Assembly (NCBI GenBank): GCA_977018835.1 | Contig: OZ361258.1 | Coordinates: 124,001-188,000, forward strand | Source: Minutocellus sp. GHC0000111 | Taxonomy: Eukaryota | Direction: 5' to 3' | DNA: 64,000 nt | In this document: piece after piece, positions 1 through 12,039 of the stretch | How positions within the stretch are numbered: the first letter of the stretch is position 1 | Layout of the letters: each line of letters starts with the position of its first letter | Program-made: the position numbers and the translations under genes | Notes under the pieces: generated by a model | What the model saw: only the letters and a program-made list of their open reading frames with translations | Told to the model about the DNA's origin: nothing | The model's database searches: none

Positions 1-1747
1 GGAGGTCACCAAAGTGTGCCTGCGTGGCATGGTACGTAGGATCCACACGATTCAAGACAATTGGAGGTTTGGGCAGTGTGACAGAGGATTCTTGTGTCCA
101 ATACGTAGGAATACTGCCACGGCATTGCAAATACGACGAAAAGGCACCAGCGCTCGCCGACGAGGCCTCGTCATGGAGGATTTGTTCGTGCTCCACGTCA
201 TTAGCCACCTTGCCCTGATCGGAAACACCACGCTTGAGGTACCTAGTACCGGCAAAGTGCCGCGACCTTCGGGCCAGCAGCGTTAGGTTCATACTTCGGC
301 CATAATCGTTGAACCGTCGCTGTAGGAAAGCGCCGTGAATGATCGGCATGACCCACTGGAAGCTCGTCATGGAATTGGTGCACTGTTCCAATTCCCTCGT
401 TAGGAAATAGTTCCAGGCATACATATCCTTGAACGGCGGCGGGGGAAACGGTTTGGACTTGGTCGCCAGGAAATTCTCCTGAAGGCTTCTCGTCACGTCG
501 TATGTGTAGCTGAAGTAGAAGTTCTTGGTCAGATCGACCACCTGATACAGGCCCTGGTAACGCAATTCGGCAATCTCTCGGTTTGTTAGTCCTAATCCAA
601 CACTTCGTTTACCACGGTTCCACATGGATAGGAGCATGGTGCCAGGATCCTTCCCACCATCGGCAGCACCTGTTGGATCCCGCCCGGCCCGATCAAAATC
701 AATGGGACCAGCCGAAACACCCCCGCCTCCACCACTGCCAGCCTGACCGGGCCGTTCAGCCGGCTTCAGAGGAAACGTTTCGGTCGCCTTGATGGTGTAG
801 ATGCCATTCCCACCCAAGCTCCCCACCTTTGCTCGCTTGGTAATGAGCGTCAGATAGTAACAGTCCAAGAAGCGGACGAATCCAACAACGCCATACGCCT
901 TGCAGATCGGTCGGAGTCCTCCACCCGGCCGTTCCCTCGGATGCCCCCCCGGGCCAGCAGCGTGACCACCACCCCCGCCACTTCCGACCCCATGAGGCGC
1001 ATCATAGCCCGGTGTGTATTTGTTCCCCTCGTGGATCATATCGAGCATATCCCGTATCTCATCTTGTGAGTAGACTGCCGGATCTTCGATGCAAAACTCA
1101 CACAGTGGTCGGATGTGAAAATTGGGCCCATGGAGGGCATCGGTCGGTCCTCCACCTCCCGCGGCAGCACCACCATCCGACGACGATGCAGTGGGATTGG
1201 TCGCCGGGAATATGCCCGACTTATTGCCGCTACTAGTACCGCTCGCGGCAGCACCAACACCGACCGCCCCCATCCCATCTCCGCCGCCACTTGCTGAAGT
1301 CGCCACGGCGGCGGTGGCATCCTGCTCCTCCCTCCGCCGCTTCTCCAGCTCGACCCTCCTCGCCTGGCTGGTGGCGTCGGGCCGCTCGATCAGCGTCCGG
1401 TCCATCTTGAGGACGCGATATCCCGTCCCGGCCTTATCGCAGGCCACCAGGTAGTAGCACTGGGCCGTCGAGAACAGCTCGTAGCGTTCCAGCTTGCCGA
1501 CGTAGGGTTCCAGAGTCGGTGGTGTCTTGCTGTTGTTGCTGCTGGTGGTAGTGTTATCGCCAGTGTTGACATTTGTGCTGGATGGAGCGCCGACAGGACC
1601 ATCGTGAATGCTGAAATCATTTTCGGCCTCCTCGACGGCCCCCTCCTCGACATTCTGTGCATGTGAATATGTCTGCCCGTCGGAGCGGAGGCAGCTCCCA
1701 TCGTCGCATTGCTGTTGGTTATGGTTATTGTTGGACGACGTCGACGA
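1..1747 (-). CDS. FIG4: SAC-domain phosphoinositide 5-phosphatase, FIG4/Sac3 type (N-terminal part; runs off the window end; no in-frame ATG before the conserved domain)
   Basis: Manual minus-strand translation gives LERYELFSTAQCYYLVACDK..YRVLKMDRT, AYGVVGFVRFLDCYYLTLITKRAKVG, VDLTKNFYFSYTYDVT and YLQCRGSIPTYWTQE. It is absent from the ORF track, apparently because no stop occurs before base 1. The upstream limit is the in-frame TGA at 1750-1748. Confidence 0.9.
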
Positions 1748-1815
1748 TCAGGAATTGGCCCGCAGCGTCGGCATCCCCCTGCACGTGTCGACCCCCATCC
1801 GACCGCTGGGGCAAA

Positions 1816-3794
1816 TGGCGCAGATGCAGGAGCCGTCTCCCATGCGGTCTTTGGCGTCGGCCGACGATCCCTTTGCGGGCATCAATACCAATGGCAGTGC
1901 CGTCGGAGGCGGTGGTGCTGGTGCTGGTGCTGCTGATCCCTTTGCCAACGCCGCTTCCTCCTCTTCCTTTCCTCCGAATCCAAACAATGCAAGTGCGAAC
2001 AATGCAAGCATGGCAGCCTCATCCGGTGGCGCCGGCGCATTCGGCAGCAGTGGCACTGGCGCTGGTGGCAATACTAGTATGGACGGCTTCCACACGGGCA
2101 CTGGAGCCAGACGGCCGAACGCCAGGCCCAACCCCAAGGTCAACGTCAACGAAACCATCGACGCCATCACCGCGTCGTGGGACGCCCGGGCGGGAGAGGA
2201 CGACGCCGAAGCCGACGCAGCGGCGGCGCGGAGGCGGATCGAGGAGATGCTCAATTCGTCCAAGGACAGCGGGAGGTCGTCGTATTCGTCGCATCCGTCG
2301 CATCGGTCCAGCACTGGCAGTGGTAGGGGCAGAAGTCCCGCTCGGTCGCCGAATACTCACAATGACAATGCCGGTGCTGCTGCTGCACGAACGACGTCCG
2401 CTCTCATTGGCACTCCCACCCACATGGAGATACTGAACGGTGCCCCCCCGCCGTCGTCGGTCGCCAACGGCAGCCTTGCCAACACCAGCATTAGCCATGG
2501 CAACAGCATCCTGGCCGATGACGGGGTTTTCGAAAGTACCGTCACAGGCAGCGGCAGCGGTGCCATGAAGAGTACCAGCAATGCTGGTGGTACTGGTGGT
2601 ATGTTTGCCCGCAGTCGGAGCCGATCGGCCTCCCGGCAGGGGAGACGTCCCAGCCTCGGAGGAGGAGGAGGTGCTAATGGCGCAGCTGCCGGGAGCAATG
2701 CCGGCAGTACCACTGGAGGTAGCGGGAAGAAGCTCCTCGGCCAACTGCTGCGAGGCAAGGGCAGCAACAGCAATGGTGGTGGTCCCAGTGCCGATAACGA
2801 CGCCTCCACCACCAAGTCCGCCGTCACATCGGCTGCCCCGGCCACGCCAGCCGATAAGAAGAGCGCCAAGAAGATGCAAAAGCAGGCCGCCAAGGCTGCC
2901 AAGGCGGCGGCCGCCGAGGAGAAGAAGCAGCAGAAGCTTCTGGAGAAGGAACAGAAGCAGCTGCAGAAGGACCTGAGGAAGCAGGTGGCGCTGGCGGCCA
3001 GCACTCCCGCGACGCCCAAGAAGACTCCCAGCCGGAGGGGACGGTCGCCCACGCCCAGGGGCCGTCGGAAGAGTACCAACTCCTCCCCGTCGGCGTCGCA
3101 GAGGGGCCGGTCCAGGTCTCAGTCCCGATCCCGATCGCTGTCTCGCGGCCTGTCGCTGCCCCGTGCCCTCTCCTTCTCCAAGGCACGTTCGAGGTCTCGT
3201 TCGATGAAGCGTTCTAATTCGAAGGGCAGTGCTGCTGGCAACGGCGGTGTCAGAGGCAGCCCCACCTCGATGTTCCGACGATCGCTCAGCCGCAGCCGCA
3301 GCAATGTTTCGTTCTCTAAGGACAAGAACGGCAAGAAGTCACCCAACGTCAAGATCAGCGTCGGGTCGATGGAGGATCCCGCCGTCTACGGTGGTGGAGG
3401 AGGTGGATGCGGTGCCGTTGGCGGCATTTTCAGCCAGCTGTTCGGCGGTAGCTTCGATCCCTGTGCCCTCATACCGCAATGCGGTACTTCTCTGAATGGT
3501 GTCGATGGCTCGGCGGCGGTACCGGACTATCTCAACAGCACTCCGGCGAGGAATACTGGCGGAAAGAAGGGAGGATCGCCCAAGTCGGTGGCTGGTGTGC
3601 CAGATTGGCTTGATGGGCAGAAGAAGGCGGTGGACATGCCCCAGAGCCCAGCAAAGCAGACCAAGGTCCGCGGTCGGAGCCGCTCCAGAAGTCAAGGCAG
3701 AGGCTGGTCACGCAGCCGTAGCAAGTCCGCTGGTCGTGGCGTATTGAGAAGCCTCAGCATTGGTAGGAAGAAAGGGAAGAGCCGCATCATGTGA
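1816..3794 (+). CDS. Low-complexity Ser/Gly/Arg/Lys-rich hypothetical protein with many RSRS motifs
   Basis: Long ORF 1608..3794 with a coding-like, GC-rich sequence. Start uncertain; ATG 1816 (MAQMQEPS) chosen. Confidence 0.65.
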
Positions 3795-3961
3795 GTTGCT
3801 GGAAGGTGAACTCTTTATCTTCACTCACTCATCACAGGCGGCACTGGAGCATTGAACATACGAAAAGTAAATGGAGGTGTTATGAACTCTGCAAAGGATA
3901 ACCTTGCGCAGAGGATGACACTATAATTTTTAATCAATAAAGCTCGTTACCACCACCCAAC

Positions 3962-5077
3962 TTAGTCTTCCTTGCCAGAAATACTCAAGGGACCGAGGCA
4001 TGTCGAATTTGTATTGTTATCATCATCAGCGCCGCCGCCGCTACCACCGCCGCATTCATCATCGTCCTCCTCTCTGTCCTGATATTCTGTCAGCATCAAG
4101 TCGGACAACTGTAGGGATCCGCCTTCCTCCAATATCTGAAGCTGTTCCTGGTATCGTATTCGATACTGTTGATTGACGGGGATGGCGCCCTCCTTCGCTA
4201 CAATGGTCTTCTCGACCAGAGCTGTCGCGAGCTCTGCTCCCGTGAGCTCCTCCTCTTCGTCATGTTGAAAGATTCTTTCATTGCTGAGGGCGCCAGAATA
4301 CATAATGGTCCTCCCGACTGCCGAATACAGCGAAATGATGTATATTCCGAGAACAATTGTGAAGACAGATAATGGTGCGGCAACGGCAACATCCGCAATA
4401 ACGTAGTAAAAGAGGTTGATCCACACAAAGAACGAATAGATGGACACCACCGCAAGTCTTACAGGTAGAGCGGCTGCCGCCAAGCACATGCTGCTCCTCA
4501 GAATGATATGCGCATTGTTACTCCCAATACTATTGAATAGAGTCCATGCACTTAGCGTCGCTAACAGACTGAGAACTGAGAAGATCAGTGATATGATGAG
4601 GAACAATCCGGCCCAGAATCCAACATCCGCATAGTCCAAATTTTCCAATGCAGTCCGTGCCTCCTCGGTGGGTCGGCTGGGACTGAACAGCGCCCCGACC
4701 TGCGATGCCACCAGAAGCGATATCATTGTGGTAAGGGCGGCAAATCGCTGCGTGAACAGATTGCGTAGCTCGGCACCATCCTTCTTGGCATATACCAGAT
4801 GCAGATACCACACATGCGTCAGCTCCACAGATATGAAGAGATCTGCCAGCGATTTGAGAGAGCGGAACCACGATGCCCGAGTTGCCACCGGCTCTACCAC
4901 GATCTCGACGATGGGAGCGGCAGCGACGGCTTCGACCGAGGTTTCGCTGGATGTTGCAGCAGGGGCGCCATCTGCGCTTTGACTTTCGCTGCTGTGGATA
5001 TGCCGTCGGCTGAGGCCGCCAAATGCTGTTCGAAGCGACCGAGTGCTTCCACCATCACCACCTGCTTGTCGTGTCAT
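3962..5077 (-). CDS. Hypothetical multi-pass membrane protein (~4 TM)
   Basis: 371-aa ORF with several long hydrophobic segments (e.g. FWAGLFLIISLIFSVLSLLATLSAWTLF) and an acidic tail. Confidence 0.75.
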   Translation of the reverse strand: MTRQAGGDGGSTRSLRTAFGGLSRRHIHSSESQSADGAPAATSSETSVEAVAAAPIVEIVVEPVATRASWFRSLKSLADLFISVELTHVWYLHLVYAKKDGAELRNLFTQRFAALTTMISLLVASQVGALFSPSRPTEEARTALENLDYADVGFWAGLFLIISLIFSVLSLLATLSAWTLFNSIGSNNAHIILRSSMCLAAAALPVRLAVVSIYSFFVWINLFYYVIADVAVAAPLSVFTIVLGIYIISLYSAVGRTIMYSGALSNERIFQHDEEEELTGAELATALVEKTIVAKEGAIPVNQQYRIRYQEQLQILEEGGSLQLSDLMLTEYQDREEDDDECGGGSGGGADDDNNTNSTCLGPLSISGKED

Positions 5078-5428
5078 GCTTGTGGTTGGAACGACGCCGA
5101 CGATGCTAGTAGAATAAGTTCGCTCTGCGTATCGTCAGAAGGAGCTTCGGCCCGCATCCCATCAGGCAGGAGGGGCACATCGTGTGGCGGGCGGTTGCGG
5201 TTTGCGGTTGCGTTGGGCCAATCGAATCGAATCAAAGATTTCAGTACGTACCGTACGTAACTAGTCCCGATCCTCTCAACTAACATTTTCGACAAGTCCG
5301 GTTGCCGTCAACCGTCAAAACCGCCAGAAAGCTCAAGGCAAAATCAAAGCAGAATCCATCGGCTCTTGTCCCATCATAAACCGCCGACGCCCCGCCGTTG
5401 CAGCATAGCAGCGGCAGATACCAACTCA

Positions 5429-6781
5429 ATGAAAGATTCGTCTCGCCCGTCCAAACACCCATCGGCGAGTTCTGGTCAGGAGGTGGTAGCGGAGGCAAAC
5501 TGGTGGGAGGGAAACGGCAACGAGCAAACAGAAAACAAATCCGTCAACGACAAAACATCAGCCCAACGAAAGAACAACAAGAACAAAAGCGCATCCAAGA
5601 CGAAAAGTAACGATAACACTCGGCCAAGGTCTCGTTCTCGAGGCCGGTCGTTCATGTCTCGGTCCTCTCGCAATGGTGCCGATGCGTCAAATGCGTCCAC
5701 GGAAAGCACCGAACGAGGAAGAAGCCAAAGCCGAGGTCGCAGTCCTGGAAAGAACCGACGGAGAAGCCTTTCTTTGGGCCGTCGGAGGAGCCGAAGTCAG
5801 AGCCGCACCCGCAGTGACGAGTACGGTCACTACGCCCCAACACTGACCGCCGACGCCAAGCCCGATGACGACAAGGAGGAGGAGGACGATGGTTTCGATG
5901 ACGACGATGATGTCCAGGTGATCAACGAATTGGGGCTGCCCGCTAATCTCCCACCCAACGATGACTTTTTGGAGGAGGACTACGACCCGGACAAGCACGG
6001 GTCGAGGGATGACTTTTCTCTGAGCTGTGGCACGTGCAACTCGGACTTTGCGCCCGTTAGCCTTTCGTCGCTGTTGCAGGATTTGGTAGAGGAGTCCAAA
6101 GCATTCTGCACCAGCATGTGCTTTACTGGCATTTCCGATGGTCATACAAGTACCGATAGAGAACACAGGTGCAGCCGACCAATGCCTCACATACACTGTG
6201 GTCGCACAGACAGTACTACTGGAACCGTTGAGAGTGGCGATAGTATTGGCCAGAACGATAATGGCGACGAAGACTCGAAAACGCTGGCAACCAACGATTT
6301 CCCCTTGAAAACGGATGAGGATAGTTCCAGTACGCAAATGCGCCGATGCCGTAGCGGCAGCCGCAATGCAAGTGGAGTTGAGTCTGCTGCGGAACTGGCA
6401 AACGCTTTCAGTCCATATGGAGATGATGACAGACAAGAGAGGGGCCGTTCCATGAGCCGAACGAGGTCATCCCCGAGCAAACGAAGCAAGAGCATGGAGC
6501 GCAAGTTGGCAAAATGGAAAATGGCCCGAAGGAAAATGAACACGGAATTGAAGGAAGAGATGCCCGATGAACCCATCGTGGCTTCTCCCAAATCAGTGGT
6601 GGAAGCTATGACCGATGAAACAGATTGGAGAGTAGTCCGCGATGATGTTTTGTCCAAGTACGAATCGGGACATTTCGTCACATATGAGGCTGGGCGTGTT
6701 CGATCCAGTACCAAGCGTTGTAGTAGCCGGGCGACCGGTCATGAAAGCGAAGAGAAGATGGAAAGATTTTTGTACATGTGA
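5429..6781 (+). CDS. Disordered hypothetical protein with RGRSxS repeats and an acidic tract
   Basis: ORF 5366..6781; the first true ATG is at 5429 (MKDSSRPSK). Confidence 0.7.
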   Translation: MKDSSRPSKHPSASSGQEVVAEANWWEGNGNEQTENKSVNDKTSAQRKNNKNKSASKTKSNDNTRPRSRSRGRSFMSRSSRNGADASNASTESTERGRSQSRGRSPGKNRRRSLSLGRRRSRSQSRTRSDEYGHYAPTLTADAKPDDDKEEEDDGFDDDDDVQVINELGLPANLPPNDDFLEEDYDPDKHGSRDDFSLSCGTCNSDFAPVSLSSLLQDLVEESKAFCTSMCFTGISDGHTSTDREHRCSRPMPHIHCGRTDSTTGTVESGDSIGQNDNGDEDSKTLATNDFPLKTDEDSSSTQMRRCRSGSRNASGVESAAELANAFSPYGDDDRQERGRSMSRTRSSPSKRSKSMERKLAKWKMARRKMNTELKEEMPDEPIVASPKSVVEAMTDETDWRVVRDDVLSKYESGHFVTYEAGRVRSSTKRCSSRATGHESEEKMERFLYM

Positions 6782-6865
6782 AAGATTCCAAAAGACGGAA
6801 ACACGTCGATGAAATGAAACGAATCGAAAAAGTAAATACATAGATACACATTAGAGTTATACTTG

Positions 6866-9404
6866 CTATATAAAAAAATTCTGAGACCACGAACAGATGA
6901 GGAAGGAAAGTAGGCAGTGCAGCAGGACAAGGCCTGGGACGGCAGAGGCTGCGTTAGAAGTGCTTGTGCCAGCATTCGAAACCTCAGCATTGTCATTACT
7001 GTCCACGTCTTTTCCGCCATTTTGATTTCCCTTTGATTCTGAGCCGTCGAACATGTAATCAAAATAATCATCGTCGCACAAAAGCTCTGTTGAATTCAGG
7101 GTGCGATCCGTGATGTTAAAATCAAAGTAATGAAAATCAAAGGAACCGATTTCATCTTCATTCTTATCAAAGTCGTAAGCGTACATGTCGAAAACCATGA
7201 ACTCCAATCCAATCAATTCACCGTAAGTATCAAGGTTAATCGGTTGGACAGTAATACTGTCACCCCAAGGGTGCAGAGCTCCTATAAATTCTGGAAATAC
7301 AATATCTGTGCCAACGAGCACTTCGCCATAGACGACCGGGGCGAGGAAGCCTCCTTGGCTGCGAGGCTTCTCATAAGTTGCAGCGCCGTCCTCAACGTAG
7401 AGACTAACGGGAGAGACGACCAGGCCGGTAGTAACGTCAGTGGAATACGTCAGCTCGGCGAAGACACCTCCAAGGGCAAGGGCGTCCTGGACAACTGAGC
7501 CCATTGGTGGTAGAATGGTGGAATCGACTTGAACGTCGGGTGGAAAGTAAATGACTGGTATGGAGTAAGCCCCGTCACCCAGATTATCTGCGTATACAAA
7601 TGCATCTACCGCACCCTCCGCAGTATCTTCAAAGATGATATAAATCAGTTCGTTCCAGTATCCCAGATATTTCGAGCGGCGATATGTGCTTGACATGGCT
7701 CCATTCAATAAAATGAGATAATCGTCTTCGTTTTCCTGGACTGATCGCCTTGTAGCCGACGGGTTAGACCCGCCACCTCCTCTGCGCCTATTCTTCTCTA
7801 TGCGCTTACCGATGGTGGTAATGGGAGCATACTTTTTTGTCGGAATATTCTTCTGAAGGAGGCGTCTCCTTGAAATGTCGTCAAAGAAGAAACCATATTC
7901 TGTCATCACCATGTCGCAGTTTGGTGTAATTTCACTTTGGGCTTCTATCCCCACGGTTGCGAGAAAAATTTCAGGAGACGAGCATCTGACCCCTGTGCTT
8001 CCGCGCAATGTTGCTAGTAAACGAATTCGCACAGACACTGGACGGGGCACTCGCGACAGAACCAGTAGCATTCAGAAAGACGTCAATAAAATCCAGCCAG
8101 GTGTAAGATGTTTCGCCATCATCAATGTATTGAAAAATCTCTGATTCAACGCTCCATGGAGACGCCGAATATAGCTTCTTGCTTGGAAACCATGCTGCCA
8201 TTCCACTGCTAGGTTTGGCACCTTCTCCATGTCCTCGAGCGTGAAACTGGGCGTCGCATGCCTGGAGAGTCCTATCATAGGATTCCTTTAAAGTTCCAGT
8301 TGGGGCACAAAGTTCGTGGAAAGTAGAAAGAAAGCTACCAACGTCAACGGCGGACGGAGTTCGAGAACCAGGATGGTCGGCGGCACTTTCAAAAGCAATG
8401 ACAGAGGCGCGGGTTCTTTGTGCGGCGGTGAAAAAGTTCGGGTCTTTCCTGCTGAATAGCAGATCGGCCAGGTTTTCGACGAATGATTCAAACTCCATCA
8501 GAAATGTCTCGAACAAGTCTGTCTGGATTATGGAGAGAGTTTTTGGCACGAGGTGAGCTCCCTCCGGATTTTGTGTTTCGTTAAGGAAACTGTCAAGAAG
8601 TTCGGTCGCCATGTTCAGAGCACCACCGGCGGCCGACGACGAAATGTTCCACCACCATCCATGTCCTGGCTCCAGTGCCTCGCTGGCCATGAAATATTTG
8701 GTGTACGGCGAGTAATCCCGAGCGGTAAGTAAGCCTCCCATCAAGCATGCGTCGAACCCGATGACGTCAAAAACACGGGGTGCGTTGGGCAGATCGGAGG
8801 CAGAATCGAGTGCAAAACCCAACGCCCGCTGGATGTCGCGGTTGGTTTGAAGCAGGCGACGCCCCCTCCCAATGTTCTCATCGCCTCCGAATCCTTGACA
8901 ACCGTTGCCATGGCTGGAGAAGGCCAGCATGAATTCTGTGGCGCCAAATTCAAGGCAATTGGCCAAGGCGGTGTAAATGTAATCGCACATAACCTGTGGC
9001 GAGTCAGAGTTCTGCTCTCCTTGGAGAGGGTACGACAGGATATCCTGGATCTCGTGATCATATGTCAAATAATGCGGCACAATTGCAGGCTCTCCTCCCA
9101 ATGTCAACGTGTGATCACCCTCACCATCCCCATCATAATCGTAGCCGCCATGGCCGTCCCAATAGATCCACGTCTTCACATTTGGCTGAACGATGGCATC
9201 GGAATCGAAATACTCAAACAGATCTTGCATGATGGCAAGCTCCAGGTCGTTGTCGGCCATCATGTGCAACATGACGCACATTTTTGGGGCATCCTCAGCA
9301 GCGGCAGAGACAGCCGAGAGGCTCGACAACAGCAATGAAATGAAGAATGGTGCCGCCGCCGTCACAGTTCCTCCAAAGAGAATGCGACGAAGGGTAATAT
9401 TCAT
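6866..9404 (-). pseudogene. Secreted clostripain-family (C11) cysteine peptidase with C-terminal hydrophobic anchor; frameshift near 7975
   Basis: Motifs MMADNDLE, FSSHGNG (catalytic His), IGFDACLMG (catalytic Cys) and ASEALEPGHGW; signal peptide. The overlapping ORFs 7971..9404 and 6866..8071 join if 2 nt are restored in GTCTCCTGA (giving VSPEIF). Confidence 0.75.
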
Positions 9405-9738
9405 GTTGATATTCCGGCCGTAGCTACTCTTTCATTCGCCTTTTCTTTTATTCTGCTCATTCTCTTCGACTCTCATTTTGACGTCGTCAAATCTCCGCAT
9501 CTACCAATTCGTATAGACATGCGCGCATGACTAACTCGACTTAATGAACGACGGACAGACTGAAAATACGTACGAAAACGTACGTAAAACACGCACGTAC
9601 TTGAGCTCAGGTCGACATCGACATCCACGTTGAAGCTGGCGTTGATGGTTGTCGAGCCATCTAATGCTCTCATACCACCCGCTCGCACGAGTATTCCTCC
9701 AGTTCTCCGCCGTACTTCCAACCGATAAATACGTAAGA

Positions 9739-10803
9739 ATGAGCAATAGAGTAGGAATGGCCGCCGTGGCAGTAGCTGGCCTCGCAGCATGTTCTTTGGT
9801 CGATGCCAAAAGCGTGGCGCCCTCTCAGCCACGAATGTTTGGAGTTGCGCCATCACCTCTGACCGCTGCCGCCACCGATGGCCATCGGCAGGTCATGTCT
9901 GCTTCCGATATTTTGTCCCAAAGTGCGGTGCTGGACCTTCGAGGAGGGGCCAAGACCCGCCGAAAGGCTGGGGGACGGACGGACAGCCTGAGCAGTCTGG
10001 ACGCCAAGAAGCAGAAGAAGACCGCCACCGGCCGGAAGGCCGTCGGTGCCGCCGCCAAGGAGAAGAAGACTGCCACGGGCGATATGGTGGAAAAGTACAA
10101 GAACATTCTGCCCCTGACAAGGATCTACCTCACGCTGGTGGGCGTCGTTACTCTCCTGGGCTTTGTCCTGGGAGAAGAGCTGGCCCAGGGACTCCTGGCC
10201 CTCGACCCCATCCGAACCATTTACGGCATGGAGCTTTGGAGGCCCATAACGGCCGCTTGCTTCTTCGGCCCACCGTCCGTCAGTTGGTTGATGTCGGGAT
10301 ACTACCTGTTCCAGTACGGAACACAATTGGAGCGCGCGTATGGCTCGGCGCAGTTTTTGGTCTTTATCATGGGACAGATCGGCCTCCTTTCGGCGATGTC
10401 GTTCCTCCTCGGACAGCCCTTCTTTGCCAACTCGGTCCTGACGGCCATGCTTCACATCCTTTCCCGATCGTTCCCATCGCAGAAGGCCAAGTGGCTCATC
10501 TTTGATGTTCCGTACTGGACTCTGCCCTACGGCTTGATGGCGACCGATTGCCTCCAGGCACAGAATCCCATGGCCGCCATCCCCCACGTGATGGGCATTC
10601 TGTCCGGTCATTTCTACTTCTTCAACAAGTTCCTTTGGCCCAAGATGGGCGGAGAGGATTGGTTGGAGGCACCGGCATTCCTGTCGAGAAGATTGGATCC
10701 CAACACCAAGGACGATGCTCGGCGGTCTATTGACGAGGCCATCCGAAAGAGAAAGAAGGGGCAGGGTAGAAAGCTTGGAGGAGGAAAATTATTACCTGCA
10801 TAG
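9739..10803 (+). CDS. Derlin (Der1) family protein with N-terminal bipartite extension; probable symbiont-derived SELMA component sDer1
   Basis: Der1-like core (LTRIY..LWRPITAACFFG..YLFQYGTQLE..GILSGHFYFF..GRKLGG) preceded by a signal peptide and a LDLRGG-containing transit-like region. Confidence 0.85.
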   Translation: MSNRVGMAAVAVAGLAACSLVDAKSVAPSQPRMFGVAPSPLTAAATDGHRQVMSASDILSQSAVLDLRGGAKTRRKAGGRTDSLSSLDAKKQKKTATGRKAVGAAAKEKKTATGDMVEKYKNILPLTRIYLTLVGVVTLLGFVLGEELAQGLLALDPIRTIYGMELWRPITAACFFGPPSVSWLMSGYYLFQYGTQLERAYGSAQFLVFIMGQIGLLSAMSFLLGQPFFANSVLTAMLHILSRSFPSQKAKWLIFDVPYWTLPYGLMATDCLQAQNPMAAIPHVMGILSGHFYFFNKFLWPKMGGEDWLEAPAFLSRRLDPNTKDDARRSIDEAIRKRKKGQGRKLGGGKLLPA

Positions 10804-10998
10804 AAAATAATGAAATACTTGTAGCACGCATGTGATAAGCACAGCAAGTTGGAATGCATTGTGATTATACAGTTCTAAAATCCATGTAGCTACGTCTCAG
10901 TATCTTAAACGGCATCTTCTTCTATCTATGATTTTAGCAGATTCGAATATCATTCATGTGATTTACTTTGATAATCTTTTCTATCTCTTCTTAGTCAT

Positions 10999-12039
10999 TT
11001 AAAAAGCAAGACCAGGCGAAGGAAACTTTCGCACGGTAATGTCCAACGCGAGCATGACCGATGCTCCTCCTGCATCACCGCCGCTTCCCTTCTCTGTAAC
11101 CATCATGTCTCTAAACGATAGGAATGTTCCATCGAGCTCGAATACTAATTCATTGAAAAACCTGGATACAGAATCGGTGAGCATTCGAGAAGTCTCATCG
11201 CGTATGTCCGCCGGGCTGAATTCTTCCGAAGGTGACACATCAATGATCGCGCGAGCACTTTGGTCGGGTCCTCGCCTCAGATCGCACCTGTACTTGTGTC
11301 CATCGTACATCAGATAAAAAATGACGCTGCCGGTGTTGGTGTCTATTTTGACTCCCTCCTTGACAAAGGAAATTTTGGCCGATTCAGCCGCTGCATCATC
11401 GTTTAACTGCGGTGGCTTCATCAGCGGATGGGTGATGAAGGAGCTGAAATCCTGCCCATTCATGGCAATCATGGCATCCCCCTTGGCAGGGGTGGTCAGG
11501 ATCAGCTTTTGCCTTGTAATGACCGCCGACATGTCCAAGTCACATTGCTGCACGGTGGCCTCAATCGCCCGGCACGTCAACCCGAGAGGACTTTGCCAGC
11601 CTCTTCCCTTGACTGTGACGGGTCCAACCTGCTGCTTCAGGAGCAGATCCGACGAGGATGCCGTAACGTCGCACTTTACACCGGTGTGTGCCGCCAATCG
11701 CAATTTGAGTGCAACTACGGCCAGCTTGGAGATTACTGTCGAAGTGACGCCGCTCCCACCGCCAGGTGATATAGGCTGCTTTGAATTTTCAAATACATCT
11801 AAGGGAGAAGAAGGCGTTGCTCTTCGCCGCCATGCCACCGGTGGCGGTGATGATGGCGATTGTATCCGTTGCTGCGATGGCTTTCTACTACCATCACCTC
11901 CATTGTTGTTGCTGATGCCACGCGCGCTTCGAGACCTTGGACAAGTGCTCATCATCTGCATGTCAAACGCAGAAACGCCAACCGGGGTCGTCGCCGTCGA
12001 CGCCAATAAGGACAGCACTACCGCTCGCGATGGGGTCAT
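10999..12039 (-). CDS. Plastid-targeted DUF2993/LmeA-like protein
   Basis: Signal peptide ending VSA-F, a Ser/Pro-rich transit region, then VKCDVTASSSDLLLKQQVGPVTVKGRGW, which resembles DUF2993. Confidence 0.65.
   Translation of the reverse strand: MTPSRAVVLSLLASTATTPVGVSAFDMQMMSTCPRSRSARGISNNNGGDGSRKPSQQRIQSPSSPPPVAWRRRATPSSPLDVFENSKQPISPGGGSGVTSTVISKLAVVALKLRLAAHTGVKCDVTASSSDLLLKQQVGPVTVKGRGWQSPLGLTCRAIEATVQQCDLDMSAVITRQKLILTTPAKGDAMIAMNGQDFSSFITHPLMKPPQLNDDAAAESAKISFVKEGVKIDTNTGSVIFYLMYDGHKYRCDLRRGPDQSARAIIDVSPSEEFSPADIRDETSRMLTDSVSRFFNELVFELDGTFLSFRDMMVTEKGSGGDAGGASVMLALDITVRKFPSPGLAF

Noticed and set aside
1657..3695. Long antisense and alternate-frame ORFs here and elsewhere (e.g. 11321..12202, 49535..50341, 59738..60346)
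   Set aside because: Shadow ORFs of GC-rich coding sequence, with no motifs and a better-supported overlapping gene.
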